From contig JABSSL010000029.1 in assembly GCA_013214355.1 (NCBI GenBank), forward strand, positions 13,626 through 77,625: a stretch of DNA of 64,000 nt, in the 5' to 3' direction. This DNA is from Saprospiraceae bacterium. GTDB taxonomy: Bacteria > Bacteroidota > Bacteroidia > Chitinophagales > Saprospiraceae. The translations under genes and the position numbers were made by a program. Numbering within the stretch: position 1 is the first letter of the stretch; every line of letters starts with the position of its first letter. Shown here piece after piece: positions 29,404-39,899 of the stretch. Under the pieces are notes generated by a model that saw only the letters and a program-made list of their open reading frames with translations, ran no database searches and was not told the DNA's origin.

Positions 29404-30495
29404 ATGAAATTTTTGCATGAATATCGAGACCCAGAGCTCGTACAAGCCTATCTTAGTGAAATCAACGATCTAATCAGTCAAGATTGGACTCTAATGGAAT
29501 TTTGTGGAGGCCAGACACACAGTTTGGTCAAGAATGGTCTCTTGGATATTCTCCCAGAAAAGATCCATATGGTACATGGTCCTGGATGCCCTGTCTGTGT
29601 CACGCCACTAGGGATGATTGATCAGGCAATTGAGCTAGCCATGACCAAGAATGTCATACTTTGTTCCTATGGTGATATGCTTCGTGTACCGGGTTCCGAA
29701 AAAAGCTTGTTGGAAGCTAGAGGCGCAGGAGGAGACGTACGTTTTCTGTACTCTCCCATGGAAGCCGTCAAGATCGCACAACAAAACCCGGATAAAGAAG
29801 TAATATTCTTCGCCGTTGGTTTTGAAACTACAGCTCCCGCCAACGCACTGTCTGTGCTTCACGCCCAACAATACGGCTTACGCAATTATTCAATACTTTC
29901 TTCCCATATCTTGGTCCCTCCTGCTATGGAAGCTGTTCTCGATGACGAAAAAAGTCAAATCCAAGGATTTATTGGTGCAGGTAATGTCTGCTCGGTAATG
30001 GGATTAGAGGCGTATGAAGATATCGTGCTACGGAGGGAGATTCCCTTAGTAGTGACCGGGTTTGAACCCGTTGATCTCTTACAGGGCATATTAATGCTCG
30101 TGCAACAGCTCGAAGCTGGAGAGGCGAAGCTCGAAAACCAATATGCAAGAGTTGTCCCTTGGGATGGCAATCCGATGGCCAAACAGGTGATCCAAAAAGT
30201 CTTTGAGATCACAGATCGCGAATGGCGAGGGATTGGTGTTTTACCCAATAGCGGCTGGCGTGTCAGACCTGAATACAAGGATTTTGATGCGACGAGAAAA
30301 TTTGGATTAGGAGCTCCCGCTGCCAAGGAAAATGGTGAGTGCATTGCAGGGGAGATACTTACCGGTCAAAAAAAACCAAAAGACTGTCCACATTTCGGTA
30401 AGAGATGTAACCCAGTCACTCCGCTTGGCGCTCCTATGGTGTCCTCAGAAGGTGCCTGCGCTGCCTATTATCACTTCACCGAAGCCTTTTCATAG
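29404..30495 (+). CDS. hypD: Hydrogenase maturation protein HypD
   Basis: 'CGGQTH', 'GPGCPVC' and 'GFETT'; C-terminal Fe-S cysteines and 'MVSSEGACAAYY'. Confidence 0.95.
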   Translation: MKFLHEYRDPELVQAYLSEINDLISQDWTLMEFCGGQTHSLVKNGLLDILPEKIHMVHGPGCPVCVTPLGMIDQAIELAMTKNVILCSYGDMLRVPGSEKSLLEARGAGGDVRFLYSPMEAVKIAQQNPDKEVIFFAVGFETTAPANALSVLHAQQYGLRNYSILSSHILVPPAMEAVLDDEKSQIQGFIGAGNVCSVMGLEAYEDIVLRREIPLVVTGFEPVDLLQGILMLVQQLEAGEAKLENQYARVVPWDGNPMAKQVIQKVFEITDREWRGIGVLPNSGWRVRPEYKDFDATRKFGLGAPAAKENGECIAGEILTGQKKPKDCPHFGKRCNPVTPLGAPMVSSEGACAAYYHFTEAFS

Positions 30496-30757
30496 TCCAC
30501 TCTTTCAAGAACTGAATGTCGTAAAGACTTCTTTAGAGGATTGGATGGTATCGTTTAGACTTTCCATTATCCGGCATTTATTATATTTAGGCTCCCCATT
30601 AACCTCTCCCCCACTCCAAATGAATAAACCCCTTACTGGGGTTGACCTTGAGCTAATTGAGACTTACATGCCTTTTGGTTCTTTTCATCGACAAAGCATA
30701 ACTAGAACCGCTTAATTAATGATTCAGTAAAACCTATTTCATCCGACCGCTAATCAG

Positions 30758-33700
30758 GTGAACATGACACTCAAACTACCAACACTTGCAAGTCTGCTAC
30801 TTGCAGCTCTCCTCACTTATCCAATGGGTACCCAAGCTCAGCAGGTACCTACAACCTCTTTGCCATTACAAATACAAAGCCTACAAGATTCTACGATTAG
30901 GCTTGCCAAAGCCAAAGATTGGGAAACTTATATAGTCGTCCAAGCAAAGATCTTATCTCTTTATAAGCGTTCCGGTGATCTTCTAGAAGGCATAGAATTC
31001 GGAGAAAACCTATTGCAGAAAATTACCCGTAGAGCAGGTCGATTCAAATCTTCCAGTTGGTCAGTTTATCAAGCCTTAGCCTCCCTATATGCCACCTCCG
31101 GAAAGACGGATCGGGCCATTGCGCTCCATTTGGAGCAGCTTGACTTATTGTCATCCTATCCGAAATCTGTAGATCCCTGGCGTCTGATCGCAACCTATAA
31201 CCAATTGGGTGCGCAGCACCTAGCACAAAGGGAAACCGGCACAGCATTCAGCTATCTCCAACAGGCAAAATCACACCTCCAGCTACATTTGAAAGATACT
31301 GGATTTGTCCCCTCCACTACTCGTGCTATAGAAGTAATTACACAGACCTATGCGCTTCTAAGTGAATACCATGTACACACTTATGACCTACAAGAAGCAT
31401 TGCCCTACGCCAAGCTAGCGCTACAAACTGCCAAACAGCATTATGCTACAAATGCTTTTGCTTTACATCCACATTACAACAGAATCGGGAAGCTATACTT
31501 TGCGCTAGAAGAGTATGAAAAAAGCCAAGAATATCACCGGAAGGCCCTCTACGTTTTAAAAAAAGGTAAGTTGCAAGAAACAGTAGCAGACAGCACCCAG
31601 GTAGCCTTGGCGTACTACTATTCAGATCTGGCCGATGCCTTTGGCGGTAAGGAGGCTATTAACTACTATGAGAAAAGTTTGAACCTCCTGGAAAAACCCG
31701 AAGAGCATCTGTTGCTACGCATCAAAAATCTAAGAAAAATCGCAGAACATTACAACTGGCAGGAGGATTTTGATCGGTCTTGGTCATATATTGAACAAGC
31801 TGACAGCTTATGGTTAGCAAATGTGGAACAGTATCAGCAGGACATAGATTTTCAATTCTCAAGGGCCGGTATATATCGCAGTAGAGGACACTACTGGAAG
31901 AGGTTAGGTTCTTTCGAAAAATCGCTTCATTTCTACAAAAAGTATGTGGAAGTTTGGGAAAGGAATGGATCTAGCCCAGTCAATACAGAGAGCATTGGGA
32001 TATTGATGGAAATAGCAGAGATTTATAACTGGAAGGTAACGGAAAAGGAAATGTATGCTGACTCCGCCGTATACTACACGCGAAAAGCCTTGGTGAAAGC
32101 CACCAAGAACTTCAACTCCTATGATCTCAAAGAAATCCCTCGGGTAGAGGACTTGCACACGATCACCTACATGTACGCCATACTGAAGCAATTGGCGCGA
32201 TTTGGCCAATGGAAAGCTACTCACTACGGAGACATTGAGGACGAAAGGGAGGCATTGCACAATGCATTAGCCATAATGGATCTAGCAGATCAATTTCACA
32301 CCCGAAGTCTACAACAAATAAATAACCTGCGGGCAGGGCAAGCTGCTAGCTTGATCAAAAGATCTCTTATGATCTATCATGGAAGCATCGTTTTTGCTAC
32401 TAGTCTCTACGAGATTGAACCCTCCGCAGAACTGATCGAAAAGTGCTTTTACTATAGTCAACGCATGAAAGCCCAAAAACTTTGGTTGGAACAACTGGAG
32501 GAAGAGGCTCATCAACTTCTTGACCTGCCGGACTCCATACAAATCCAGGAAAAAGCGATGGCAGTTAATATTCAAGATTACAAACGGCAGATCTTGGACG
32601 CACAACGCAATGGAGACACTGTGCTGGTTGAGGAAATTAGGAACAACCAACTTTTTGAGACGTATCGGACCTCTGAAGCTTTACAGCTACAACTGGAAGA
32701 AGACAATCCAAGCTTCCTCCGAAATAAATATGACTTTGTCCCCACAACCATTGCGGAGTTACAAGAACAACTGGCACCAGAAGAGTTATTGATAGAGTAT
32801 ATGTATTCGGGTTGGAAACAACTAGCCTTTGTGGTCCAAAAGGATATGCCGGCACAGTTATCCATTCTGACTCAGGAGGAAAGCGTTTGCAATTCAGTCT
32901 ACCAACACATTGAACTCTTCCACGACCTGCTGCAGCGATCACCGATGCTGCGGAAAAGCAGTCGAGCAGATTTCATCCAGTGGAGCAATCTACTTTATCA
33001 ACATTTCCTAAGACCTATTGAAAAATCTCTAGTTGGAAAGAAACGCTTGATCGTGGTCGGGTATGATCGAATCAATTATATTCCTTTCGAAACCTTACTC
33101 GCCTCTGCGGAAATGAAGCCCTTTACCGATCTAGAGTTCTTAATTAAACGCTACGAAGTTTCTTATCACTACTCCGCCAATCTATTTGTGCAAAGCCGAA
33201 AAAAACGGCGGCCTGTGCAGGAAGGAGTCTACGTATTTGCTCCGATTTATGATGATCAGGCGATTCTAGCCGCTACCCCAGTTAATACAAAAAACACTTC
33301 TAAACACACAGCCTTACGCGCTTTCGATGAAGATGGTGTGTTCACTCCTTTACCAGAATCAGAAAGGGAGGCTAATGATATATTCAAACTCTTTACTAAG
33401 GGGAAAGATCCTATTCAAAATAAGTTAGCACTGCGGGAAGTAGCGACAGAGCACAATCTAAAAGCTAATTTAGAAGCCCCGTATCGATTCATTCATATTG
33501 CCGGGCATAGCTTTGCGAATCTAAAAAATCCAGAGTTTTCTGGTATTGCATGCTTTACAAAAGACTCCTCAATTGAGGAGGACGGTATTCTATACATGGG
33601 AGAAATCTACGCACTTGACACCTATGCTGACTTGGTCACTTTAAGTAGCTGTGAAAGTGGTTTGGGTAAACTTGAAAGATCTGATGGGCTAATTGGTCTC

Positions 33701-33919
33701 AACCGTGCATTCGTTTACACAGGCATTCCAAATGTAGTATTCTCCCTGTGGAAAGTCTATGACCGAGTAAGTTCCAATCTCATGGTTGATTTTTATGGAG
33801 CCGTCCTAGCAGGCGAGAATTATGCTACGAGTTTACGCCGAGCAAAATTGAAGCTACTGGAATCTGAAGCGACAGCCTCTCCGCATTATTGGAGTCCATT
33901 TCTACTGATTGGCCGGTAA
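30758..33919 (+). CDS. Exported TPR-CHAT (caspase-like) protease 1
   Basis: Signal peptide ('...GTQA'), TPR repeats, CHAT His 'IHIAGHS' and Cys 'LSSCESG', ending 'PHYWSPF'. Confidence 0.92.
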   Translation: MNMTLKLPTLASLLLAALLTYPMGTQAQQVPTTSLPLQIQSLQDSTIRLAKAKDWETYIVVQAKILSLYKRSGDLLEGIEFGENLLQKITRRAGRFKSSSWSVYQALASLYATSGKTDRAIALHLEQLDLLSSYPKSVDPWRLIATYNQLGAQHLAQRETGTAFSYLQQAKSHLQLHLKDTGFVPSTTRAIEVITQTYALLSEYHVHTYDLQEALPYAKLALQTAKQHYATNAFALHPHYNRIGKLYFALEEYEKSQEYHRKALYVLKKGKLQETVADSTQVALAYYYSDLADAFGGKEAINYYEKSLNLLEKPEEHLLLRIKNLRKIAEHYNWQEDFDRSWSYIEQADSLWLANVEQYQQDIDFQFSRAGIYRSRGHYWKRLGSFEKSLHFYKKYVEVWERNGSSPVNTESIGILMEIAEIYNWKVTEKEMYADSAVYYTRKALVKATKNFNSYDLKEIPRVEDLHTITYMYAILKQLARFGQWKATHYGDIEDEREALHNALAIMDLADQFHTRSLQQINNLRAGQAASLIKRSLMIYHGSIVFATSLYEIEPSAELIEKCFYYSQRMKAQKLWLEQLEEEAHQLLDLPDSIQIQEKAMAVNIQDYKRQILDAQRNGDTVLVEEIRNNQLFETYRTSEALQLQLEEDNPSFLRNKYDFVPTTIAELQEQLAPEELLIEYMYSGWKQLAFVVQKDMPAQLSILTQEESVCNSVYQHIELFHDLLQRSPMLRKSSRADFIQWSNLLYQHFLRPIEKSLVGKKRLIVVGYDRINYIPFETLLASAEMKPFTDLEFLIKRYEVSYHYSANLFVQSRKKRRPVQEGVYVFAPIYDDQAILAATPVNTKNTSKHTALRAFDEDGVFTPLPESEREANDIFKLFTKGKDPIQNKLALREVATEHNLKANLEAPYRFIHIAGHSFANLKNPEFSGIACFTKDSSIEEDGILYMGEIYALDTYADLVTLSSCESGLGKLERSDGLIGLNRAFVYTGIPNVVFSLWKVYDRVSSNLMVDFYGAVLAGENYATSLRRAKLKLLESEATASPHYWSPFLLIGR

Positions 33920-34037
33920 GTATATGGCATTTGTGGGTAAAAACACGCCCCCTCTGACAAGGGAACGTGTTCATTTCTAATCACAAAAGGAGGAAATCCT
34001 CCCCTAATCTTATTGGCACAGCGCCATTTGCATAGGC

Positions 34038-36977
34038 TTAACGATCTTCATATTCTGCTAATAACTCCTCTGGTATAAACAAGTAAATAATGGCATTGCG
34101 CTCCTCTTCATCCTGAAAGCTCTTAACTGCTCCCTCTAGAAGGATAGGATCGAATTTCTTAGAATAAGCACCAATCATTTCCTTGAGATATTGAGCCCTC
34201 AGGTTGGGTAGATGTTCATTGCGGAAATTACGACCCGGAATTCGCTCTCTTACGGCTTCACCTTCAAAGCGTTCATCTTCTGCCTCCTTCTGAGGTAGGA
34301 CGGTGACCTCTTCAAAGAAGAAGCGTTCATCCAGTTTACCACTAAAAGTCTCGTGGCTGGCTATATCTGCACTACCTTGAATGAAGAGTTTGACTTTACC
34401 CTGATCGGTCTTTTTCATAGCATGTAAAGCTTCCGTAACAAAAGACCCAATCGTGGACCCGTAGCTCTTGCGAAAATCACTCTTACTCTTGAAATACTCT
34501 CCCGGGCCAAAAAGAAGTTTTACATTTTGGTTGGCGTCTTTCAGACGTACCTCAAAATAGCGCCCTTTAAACCCTTCTACAACCTCATCATCAGGGTGGA
34601 AAACTGCATCCCAATAGGGGCGCTCTACCTCAAAGCTTTCCGCCCATTCTTCGGTGGTCACGGACTCCAGAGAAACATCATTTCCAAATTCTTCCTTAAT
34701 CGCCTCTTCCTCTTGCTTTAATTCCGCAGCCTGCTCCTGTTGCTCTTCTATCTCTTGCTTAACCTTCTGCGTTTCTTCTTCCAGTTGCTGTTCTTCGGTA
34801 TTGACTTCTTCTATCTCCTCTTCTAGTTCTTCCATTTCCGGCTCCGTTTCCTCCTGCCCCTTTTTCAATAGATCTATAATTTTCTTGATTCCTTCCTTCG
34901 ACTGGCATTCTGCTTTTTCTTCAAAAACATGATAACGATTCACAAAATTAGTCACCTTCGACTCCATCCCAGCAACGTCCTGCACGGTCTGGTCCAAGGC
35001 TCCTTTCAGTCCTGTTTTTTCTGCCACTAGGGTAATCAATTCGCCCTTTAAAGCATCTAAGTCGGCCGTTTTAGCATCGTATTGGCTTTTGACCTGATCA
35101 AACTGTTGATCATATTGCTCAATACGTTTTTGTAGTTTGCTCTTCTTACCGGTTAAAAGCTCTACCATAGATGACAGATTGGAGGCTTTCCCCAGGAGTT
35201 TAGCCACTTTCCCCATAGCTTTGTCCGCTATAGGAATCCCATTTTTAGGAAGTTTCAGCTGATCTTGCACGCCCTTCAGATTGGTGAGTTTCCCAAGCAT
35301 TTTCGAAGGCCAACTGGTCCATTTCTTCAACTTATCTTTGAACTTATTCTGTTTTTCTTCGAGGCCAGTAGATTTCAAAAGCAAATCTTTCAGTTCTGAA
35401 GCACAATCTGCGAGTTCTTTTTCTAGGCTTTGATCAGGGGTTAAGGCATCGATAGTGGCTACCAGGTCATCGAGTTTCTTATCTTCTGCCTGTGCTGCTG
35501 CTGCTTCCTTTTGCACATCAGCCACTTCTTTGGCCAATTGTCCTTGTTCTTGCTGGAGCCCTTCGTACTCTTTTTCCAATTGGTCCTGCTCCTGCTCCAG
35601 CGCCTCTTTTTGCTTAGCTAGCTCATCCATATCTTGCAAAACCTTATCCTTCTGTTCATTTTCTTTTTCAGCCTTATTACTAAGATCTTGCGCCTTTTCT
35701 TCCACATCAGCCACCGCTGTGGTCAATTCTTCCAGAATTTTCCTCGGTCGATCCTCCAGTTTATCCGTCAGTTCTTTTTGCTGCTTAGCAAGATCTTGTA
35801 GCTTATCTTCCAGATCCTTAATGGCGGATTCTCTAGCTCCTAACTCGTTCAGCAAATCCTTTGCTTTTGCTGTGATTTTATCTGCTTTGTCCTTGACCTT
35901 CTTGGAGCGATCGGCAAGATCTTTGGCTTTTTTACCTAAACCATTTCCCCGCTTAAATAGACCACCAATACGTGACAATAAGCCCCCAATGGGGACTCGA
36001 AGCTTTAACCCCTGCAATGCGTTTAGTATATCCTATCCCGCCTTAATCTGGCCAATCAAGCCGGTAGGACCAGGGATAAAAGCCCCTAGGCGTGACCCCA
36101 GCAATCCCATACCCGCTTGTAGTAAACCCAGTTTTGGCCGCGCATTTCCCAAAGCATCTTTGATGCCTCCTACTTTTTGTTGCATGGCAGGTCCAAGCGG
36201 GAGCTGCGCTACTTTTTCTTTCAATTGAGTAATCTGCGCTCGCTTACTAATTTTAGGCGCTTTTGCTTTACTCGTGTTTGAATTGGTCTGAGCAGTACTT
36301 GAGGATTGACTCTTGGGTTGGCGGCCTGATTTGTTTTTGGATGAAGTATTGTTCGCAACGCCTTGGGTACTGGGCTGTACCTTGAGTGGCTTAATCAAGT
36401 TCCCTTCTTCGTCAAAATATCCTTGTACTTGCCCCATTTTCATGTAGGTGGGTACTAGATCATCGTTTTTGGGGCCATTATCCTTCTTCTTTTCCTTTAG
36501 CTCCTCCGGGCAACGGTCACCCAGTCTTTTCTGTAAATTAACGGCTCGGCGACTGGCTTCAAAGCAACTCTCCTTCCAGGCCTCAATATCCGATTCCTGT
36601 TGATCCATAAATCGCTTAAATTCTGGATTTTGTTGGTACTCATAGCCGAAGCGTCCTTCTAAATGATTGAGTCGCAGGCAACTCTTCCCATTCAACTCAT
36701 TAGCCAGGTATCTGCCCTCCCAAGTAGGGTCCTGGCGTTGTCCGCGTTTGATAGCTTTGACTTTCAAGTAGGCGGATTGGTACTGGACTGTTCGTTGGGG
36801 ACTAGGACTGGCTTTGAGCGGCCCTTCTAATGATATAGATAATACTTCAGGAGAGCAATCTCCTTCTTGGCATACTACGGCAGTGCTCTGTGTTTGCGCC
36901 TGTGCAAAGGATAGGCTTAGGCATAGCATAGCATAGCAAAAGCGAAAAGTCTCATAATGATTATTTGTTTGGATCAT
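34038..36977 (-). pseudogene. Secreted coiled-coil protein with OmpA-like C-terminus, interrupted by one in-frame TAG at 36033-36035
   Basis: ORFs 36033-36977 and 34038-36017 are in the same frame (IKAG*DILNALQGL). Signal peptide, long heptad-rich region, and C-terminal 'IQGSAD...NEHLPNLRA'. Confidence 0.7.
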
Positions 36978-37040
36978 TTACAGCAGACCGGCGATTACAA
37001 GATTGGATATAAGATGTATTGGAGTCCCTTTTGTAAAATG

Positions 37041-37097
37041 CCTCAAGTAATGCGATAATAAACCGTGGGTCTTTGGTCATCAAAGCATTACTTGAGG
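37041..37097 (-). terminator. Inverted repeat downstream of the LamG gene
   Basis: CCTCAAGTAATGC ... GCATTACTTGAGG, a perfect 13-bp stem flanked by A/T runs. Confidence 0.6.
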
Positions 37098-37179
37098 TTT
37101 TGTGTCCTATAGTTTTGAGCAGAAGAACCAAAGGTAGAATCCCTGTAGGTTCACCATTCCTATTCTGCTCAGGCCACTA

Positions 37180-39135
37180 CTAGTCGTCTTGTGCATCCGG
37201 CTCAACACCTTTCACTGCATCTTCAAAAGCAGTAGTGAGATAGATAAAGTCGTGATCCTTCACTGCTTTCTCATACGTTTGCCCTCCTACTTCGTAGACT
37301 AGTTTCAAGATTTTCTTGGTACCGTATTTTGGATCTTTACCTAAGACTGTTCCTTGGGAGATAAATCCAACCGCACCATGATCTACTAGATTTTGAACTA
37401 AGTCCTTCACGTTACTTTCATAGCCTGAAACACCCCAAATTGCTTCTTTAATGGTGATTTTTGGATTCTTAGAAGCTCCTAAGAACTCAAACGAACTATG
37501 ATCTTTTTGTTTCCGGAAGTAAACAACATCATTGATTTCGTAAGCCACCCGTAGTTCTTTGGTGTGTCCATATTTAGGATCCGTTCCAAGGTTACTACCA
37601 TTTACCTTGAATGGCGTAGTAGGGTCATTGGCTAAAGTCTGTACCTCAGCGGTACAATTAGCATTTTTGTCACCTACTCCCCAAACGGCGCCTAATACTT
37701 TGACTACGGGCATGGATTCTGCACTGATCGACTTAATCGCTGGATTTGCGGCAACCCAGTTGGAAGCATCTCCGGTGAGGGCGAAATCAGTCAAAGTTCC
37801 GTTGTTCTTCCCTACCTGGTCCATCAAAGTCGTCACTGTTGAGTTATCACCACCAGCAACCCCTTGATTGAAGTTATAATAAGCCACCAGACCTGCTTCT
37901 TTGCCTGTCAATTCAGTATTCATGCTAGCCACTATTTCGTCAGCTGTTCTTGCCACATTCCAGACCCTTAGTTCATCCATTGTGCCATCGAAATACTCGC
38001 CATTATGAGGCTCAGGAAGATTTCCAATCTTTAAGTTTTGATCTGTAGTCTTTGGATCTGCTCCATTGGCACCGTCTGCTTTACCATCAACATATATTGC
38101 CCAATTTTCACCATCATAACTCATAGCAACGTGATGCCATTCCCCATCATTGATGGTTGTCTTACCGGTAAAATCTAAATATTGTCCGATGTAAGCTAAT
38201 TTGCCGTTTCTAATGGCCATAGAATTACGCATGTGATTGGCCCGGCGACCCCAGCTAATGAAATTGCCGATGCTGGTCTGAGTAGTTTTCACCCAGGCTT
38301 CCATGGTTCTTGGTTCTCTGCCTTGAGGAAGTCCTGTGGAAGTAGCTCTGGCATCTACGTAGTCTTTGGTACCATCTAAGTGAAGAGCATTGTTAGATGC
38401 AGTTTCAGGTTTCTTATTTAGAGCAAGATCCGATTGAACAAAATTTGAAGTAGAATTTGGACTTAAAGCAAAACGCTTAAGGGTACCATCGTTGTTTCCA
38501 GTAAGATCGGTAACTGCAGTAATTCCTGTGTTGTCTCCATTGGCAACCCCTTGATTAAAGTTATAGTATGCCAAAAGGCCTGATTCTGTGCCTGCTAGTG
38601 CCCTGTTGTAATCCGCCGCAATTTCCGCGCCATCACGAGCGTGATCCCAGATACGCACTTCATCCATCATACCGCGAAAGTGGCAACAACTGCCAAAGCT
38701 GCCTAGTTGCACGAAAGCATCCGTCTGAGGCCCCACTCCTACTTTCTGAGCGACCTGTGCTCCATTGCGATATAAAGTCATGAGCTGTGTAGAATCATCA
38801 TAGGTCACTGCATAGTGCTGCCATCCCGCTTCAATTGGGTTGGGATCTTGTACTTGCGTCCAGCTACCAGCTTGGCCGGCGTCTGCCTTCCCATTCACAA
38901 TTCGAAAAGCATGCCCACTCTGGCCAGAGATGATATTATTGTTGAATTTTAAGTTATCAACCTCCAGCTTGACCCAAACTTCTTTGGTGTAGGATAGCGT
39001 TAAGAAATCTCCGCAAGCTACATAGCTACCGGAGCCATTTAAAAGAAGGGCGTGATTTTGTCCAAATAAAGTCCCAAAACTTAGGCTTACAGCTAGGATC
39101 AGAAAGCCTTTGATTAGTCCAATTAGATTTTTCAT
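37180..39135 (-). CDS. Secreted protein with two LamG/ConA-like domains and two C-terminal lectin-like repeats
   Basis: Signal peptide from ATG 39135; two 'WxHxAxxYD...MDExRxW...GLxAYYNFNQG' LamG units and two 'DPKYGxxK' repeats. Confidence 0.85.
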   Translation of the reverse strand: MKNLIGLIKGFLILAVSLSFGTLFGQNHALLLNGSGSYVACGDFLTLSYTKEVWVKLEVDNLKFNNNIISGQSGHAFRIVNGKADAGQAGSWTQVQDPNPIEAGWQHYAVTYDDSTQLMTLYRNGAQVAQKVGVGPQTDAFVQLGSFGSCCHFRGMMDEVRIWDHARDGAEIAADYNRALAGTESGLLAYYNFNQGVANGDNTGITAVTDLTGNNDGTLKRFALSPNSTSNFVQSDLALNKKPETASNNALHLDGTKDYVDARATSTGLPQGREPRTMEAWVKTTQTSIGNFISWGRRANHMRNSMAIRNGKLAYIGQYLDFTGKTTINDGEWHHVAMSYDGENWAIYVDGKADGANGADPKTTDQNLKIGNLPEPHNGEYFDGTMDELRVWNVARTADEIVASMNTELTGKEAGLVAYYNFNQGVAGGDNSTVTTLMDQVGKNNGTLTDFALTGDASNWVAANPAIKSISAESMPVVKVLGAVWGVGDKNANCTAEVQTLANDPTTPFKVNGSNLGTDPKYGHTKELRVAYEINDVVYFRKQKDHSSFEFLGASKNPKITIKEAIWGVSGYESNVKDLVQNLVDHGAVGFISQGTVLGKDPKYGTKKILKLVYEVGGQTYEKAVKDHDFIYLTTAFEDAVKGVEPDAQDD

Positions 39136-39423
39136 GATTAATTTGTTCAGTGAATGCAAATTGGGGTACTTTGCATATTGAGTGTGAAATTAGTTTGGTG
39201 TTAGATATTGACTAGTTATAAAGGGATAGCAAGTTCATCCCATCCGTACGAAGTAGATAGATCAATAGTACTTGGCAATTGCCTAAGCAAAAGTTTTTCG
39301 GTTACGTATATTCAGGAGTTTCACACCTCCCAAGCTAGGAGATACATGAGTATTTTAGATTAAACGAACAGTCGTGTACACACTGTTGAGGCTTCTGTTT
39401 TTCCTTTATGAAACGACTACTTT

Positions 39424-39804
39424 CTATCGCCAACCCGCTTCTTGTAAAACTCGTAGTGGCTTCTTCCCATATTCCTTCTCAAACTGATTAATAAAGTAGC
39501 TAGTGTTGATATAGCCGACAGCGATAGCAACTTCTTTTACTTTCCGATACTTCCCATTGCGTAGGTATTGCATAGCGCGGTGCAGTCGATACTGGCGTAG
39601 ATATTTTTGTGGCGATAGCCCCGTAAGATCTCGGACTCTCCGAAATAGATGACGTTCACTGATAGATATTTCTGCTGCTAGTCGCTCATTATTTAGTGAC
39701 GCATCGGATATATTTCTTTCAATGATATGATCTAATCGGTTTAGCCAGGATTTTGTGCCAGTCATGCTGCTTAAGTTTAATAGTCTCATGATGTCATAAT
39801 TCAA
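39424..39804 (-). CDS. Stand-alone AraC-type HTH protein
   Basis: 'LAAEISISERHLFRRVRDLTGLSP...RL..A...VGY...SYF..QF.KEYGKKP'; no sensor domain. Confidence 0.88.
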   Translation of the reverse strand: MNYDIMRLLNLSSMTGTKSWLNRLDHIIERNISDASLNNERLAAEISISERHLFRRVRDLTGLSPQKYLRQYRLHRAMQYLRNGKYRKVKEVAIAVGYINTSYFINQFEKEYGKKPLRVLQEAGWR

Positions 39805-39841
39805 GTTTTTTAAGTGGATATTGGTTCTTTTAGGTTATGAC

Positions 39842-39899
39842 CCAAAGATGCCATAAATACCCAACTACTGCAAAAGACATTTTCAAAGCATTACCACAA
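39842..39899 (-). promoter_or_regulatory. Promoter copy 1 (drives mini-AraC): -7 box, -33 box and TTGTGGTAA box
   Basis: 58-bp block that aligns without gaps to 40365-40422. The minus strand has CATCTTTG and TTTG. Confidence 0.65.

Noticed and set aside
33928..33972. Possible seventh REP copy (TTGTGGGTAAAAACACG)
   Set aside because: Only a partial match; it lacks the CACCCGACAAT arm.
12206..36035. Genome-wide amber recoding (pyrrolysine or alternative code) suggested by two TAG-GA in-frame stops
   Set aside because: Many genes here end at TAG exactly at family-typical C-termini (e.g. coxM, hypD, CHAT2, ACAD), so TAG is a normal stop.
35455..36228. 257-aa plus-strand ORF and the other short antisense ORFs in the track
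   Set aside because: These are shadow frames of well-supported opposite-strand genes, with Ser/Phe/Cys-rich composition and no motifs.
37017..37031. TATTGGAGTCCCTTT (YWSPF) resembling a remnant CHAT gene end
   Set aside because: Only about 15 bp of similarity with no flanking homology, which is compatible with chance.
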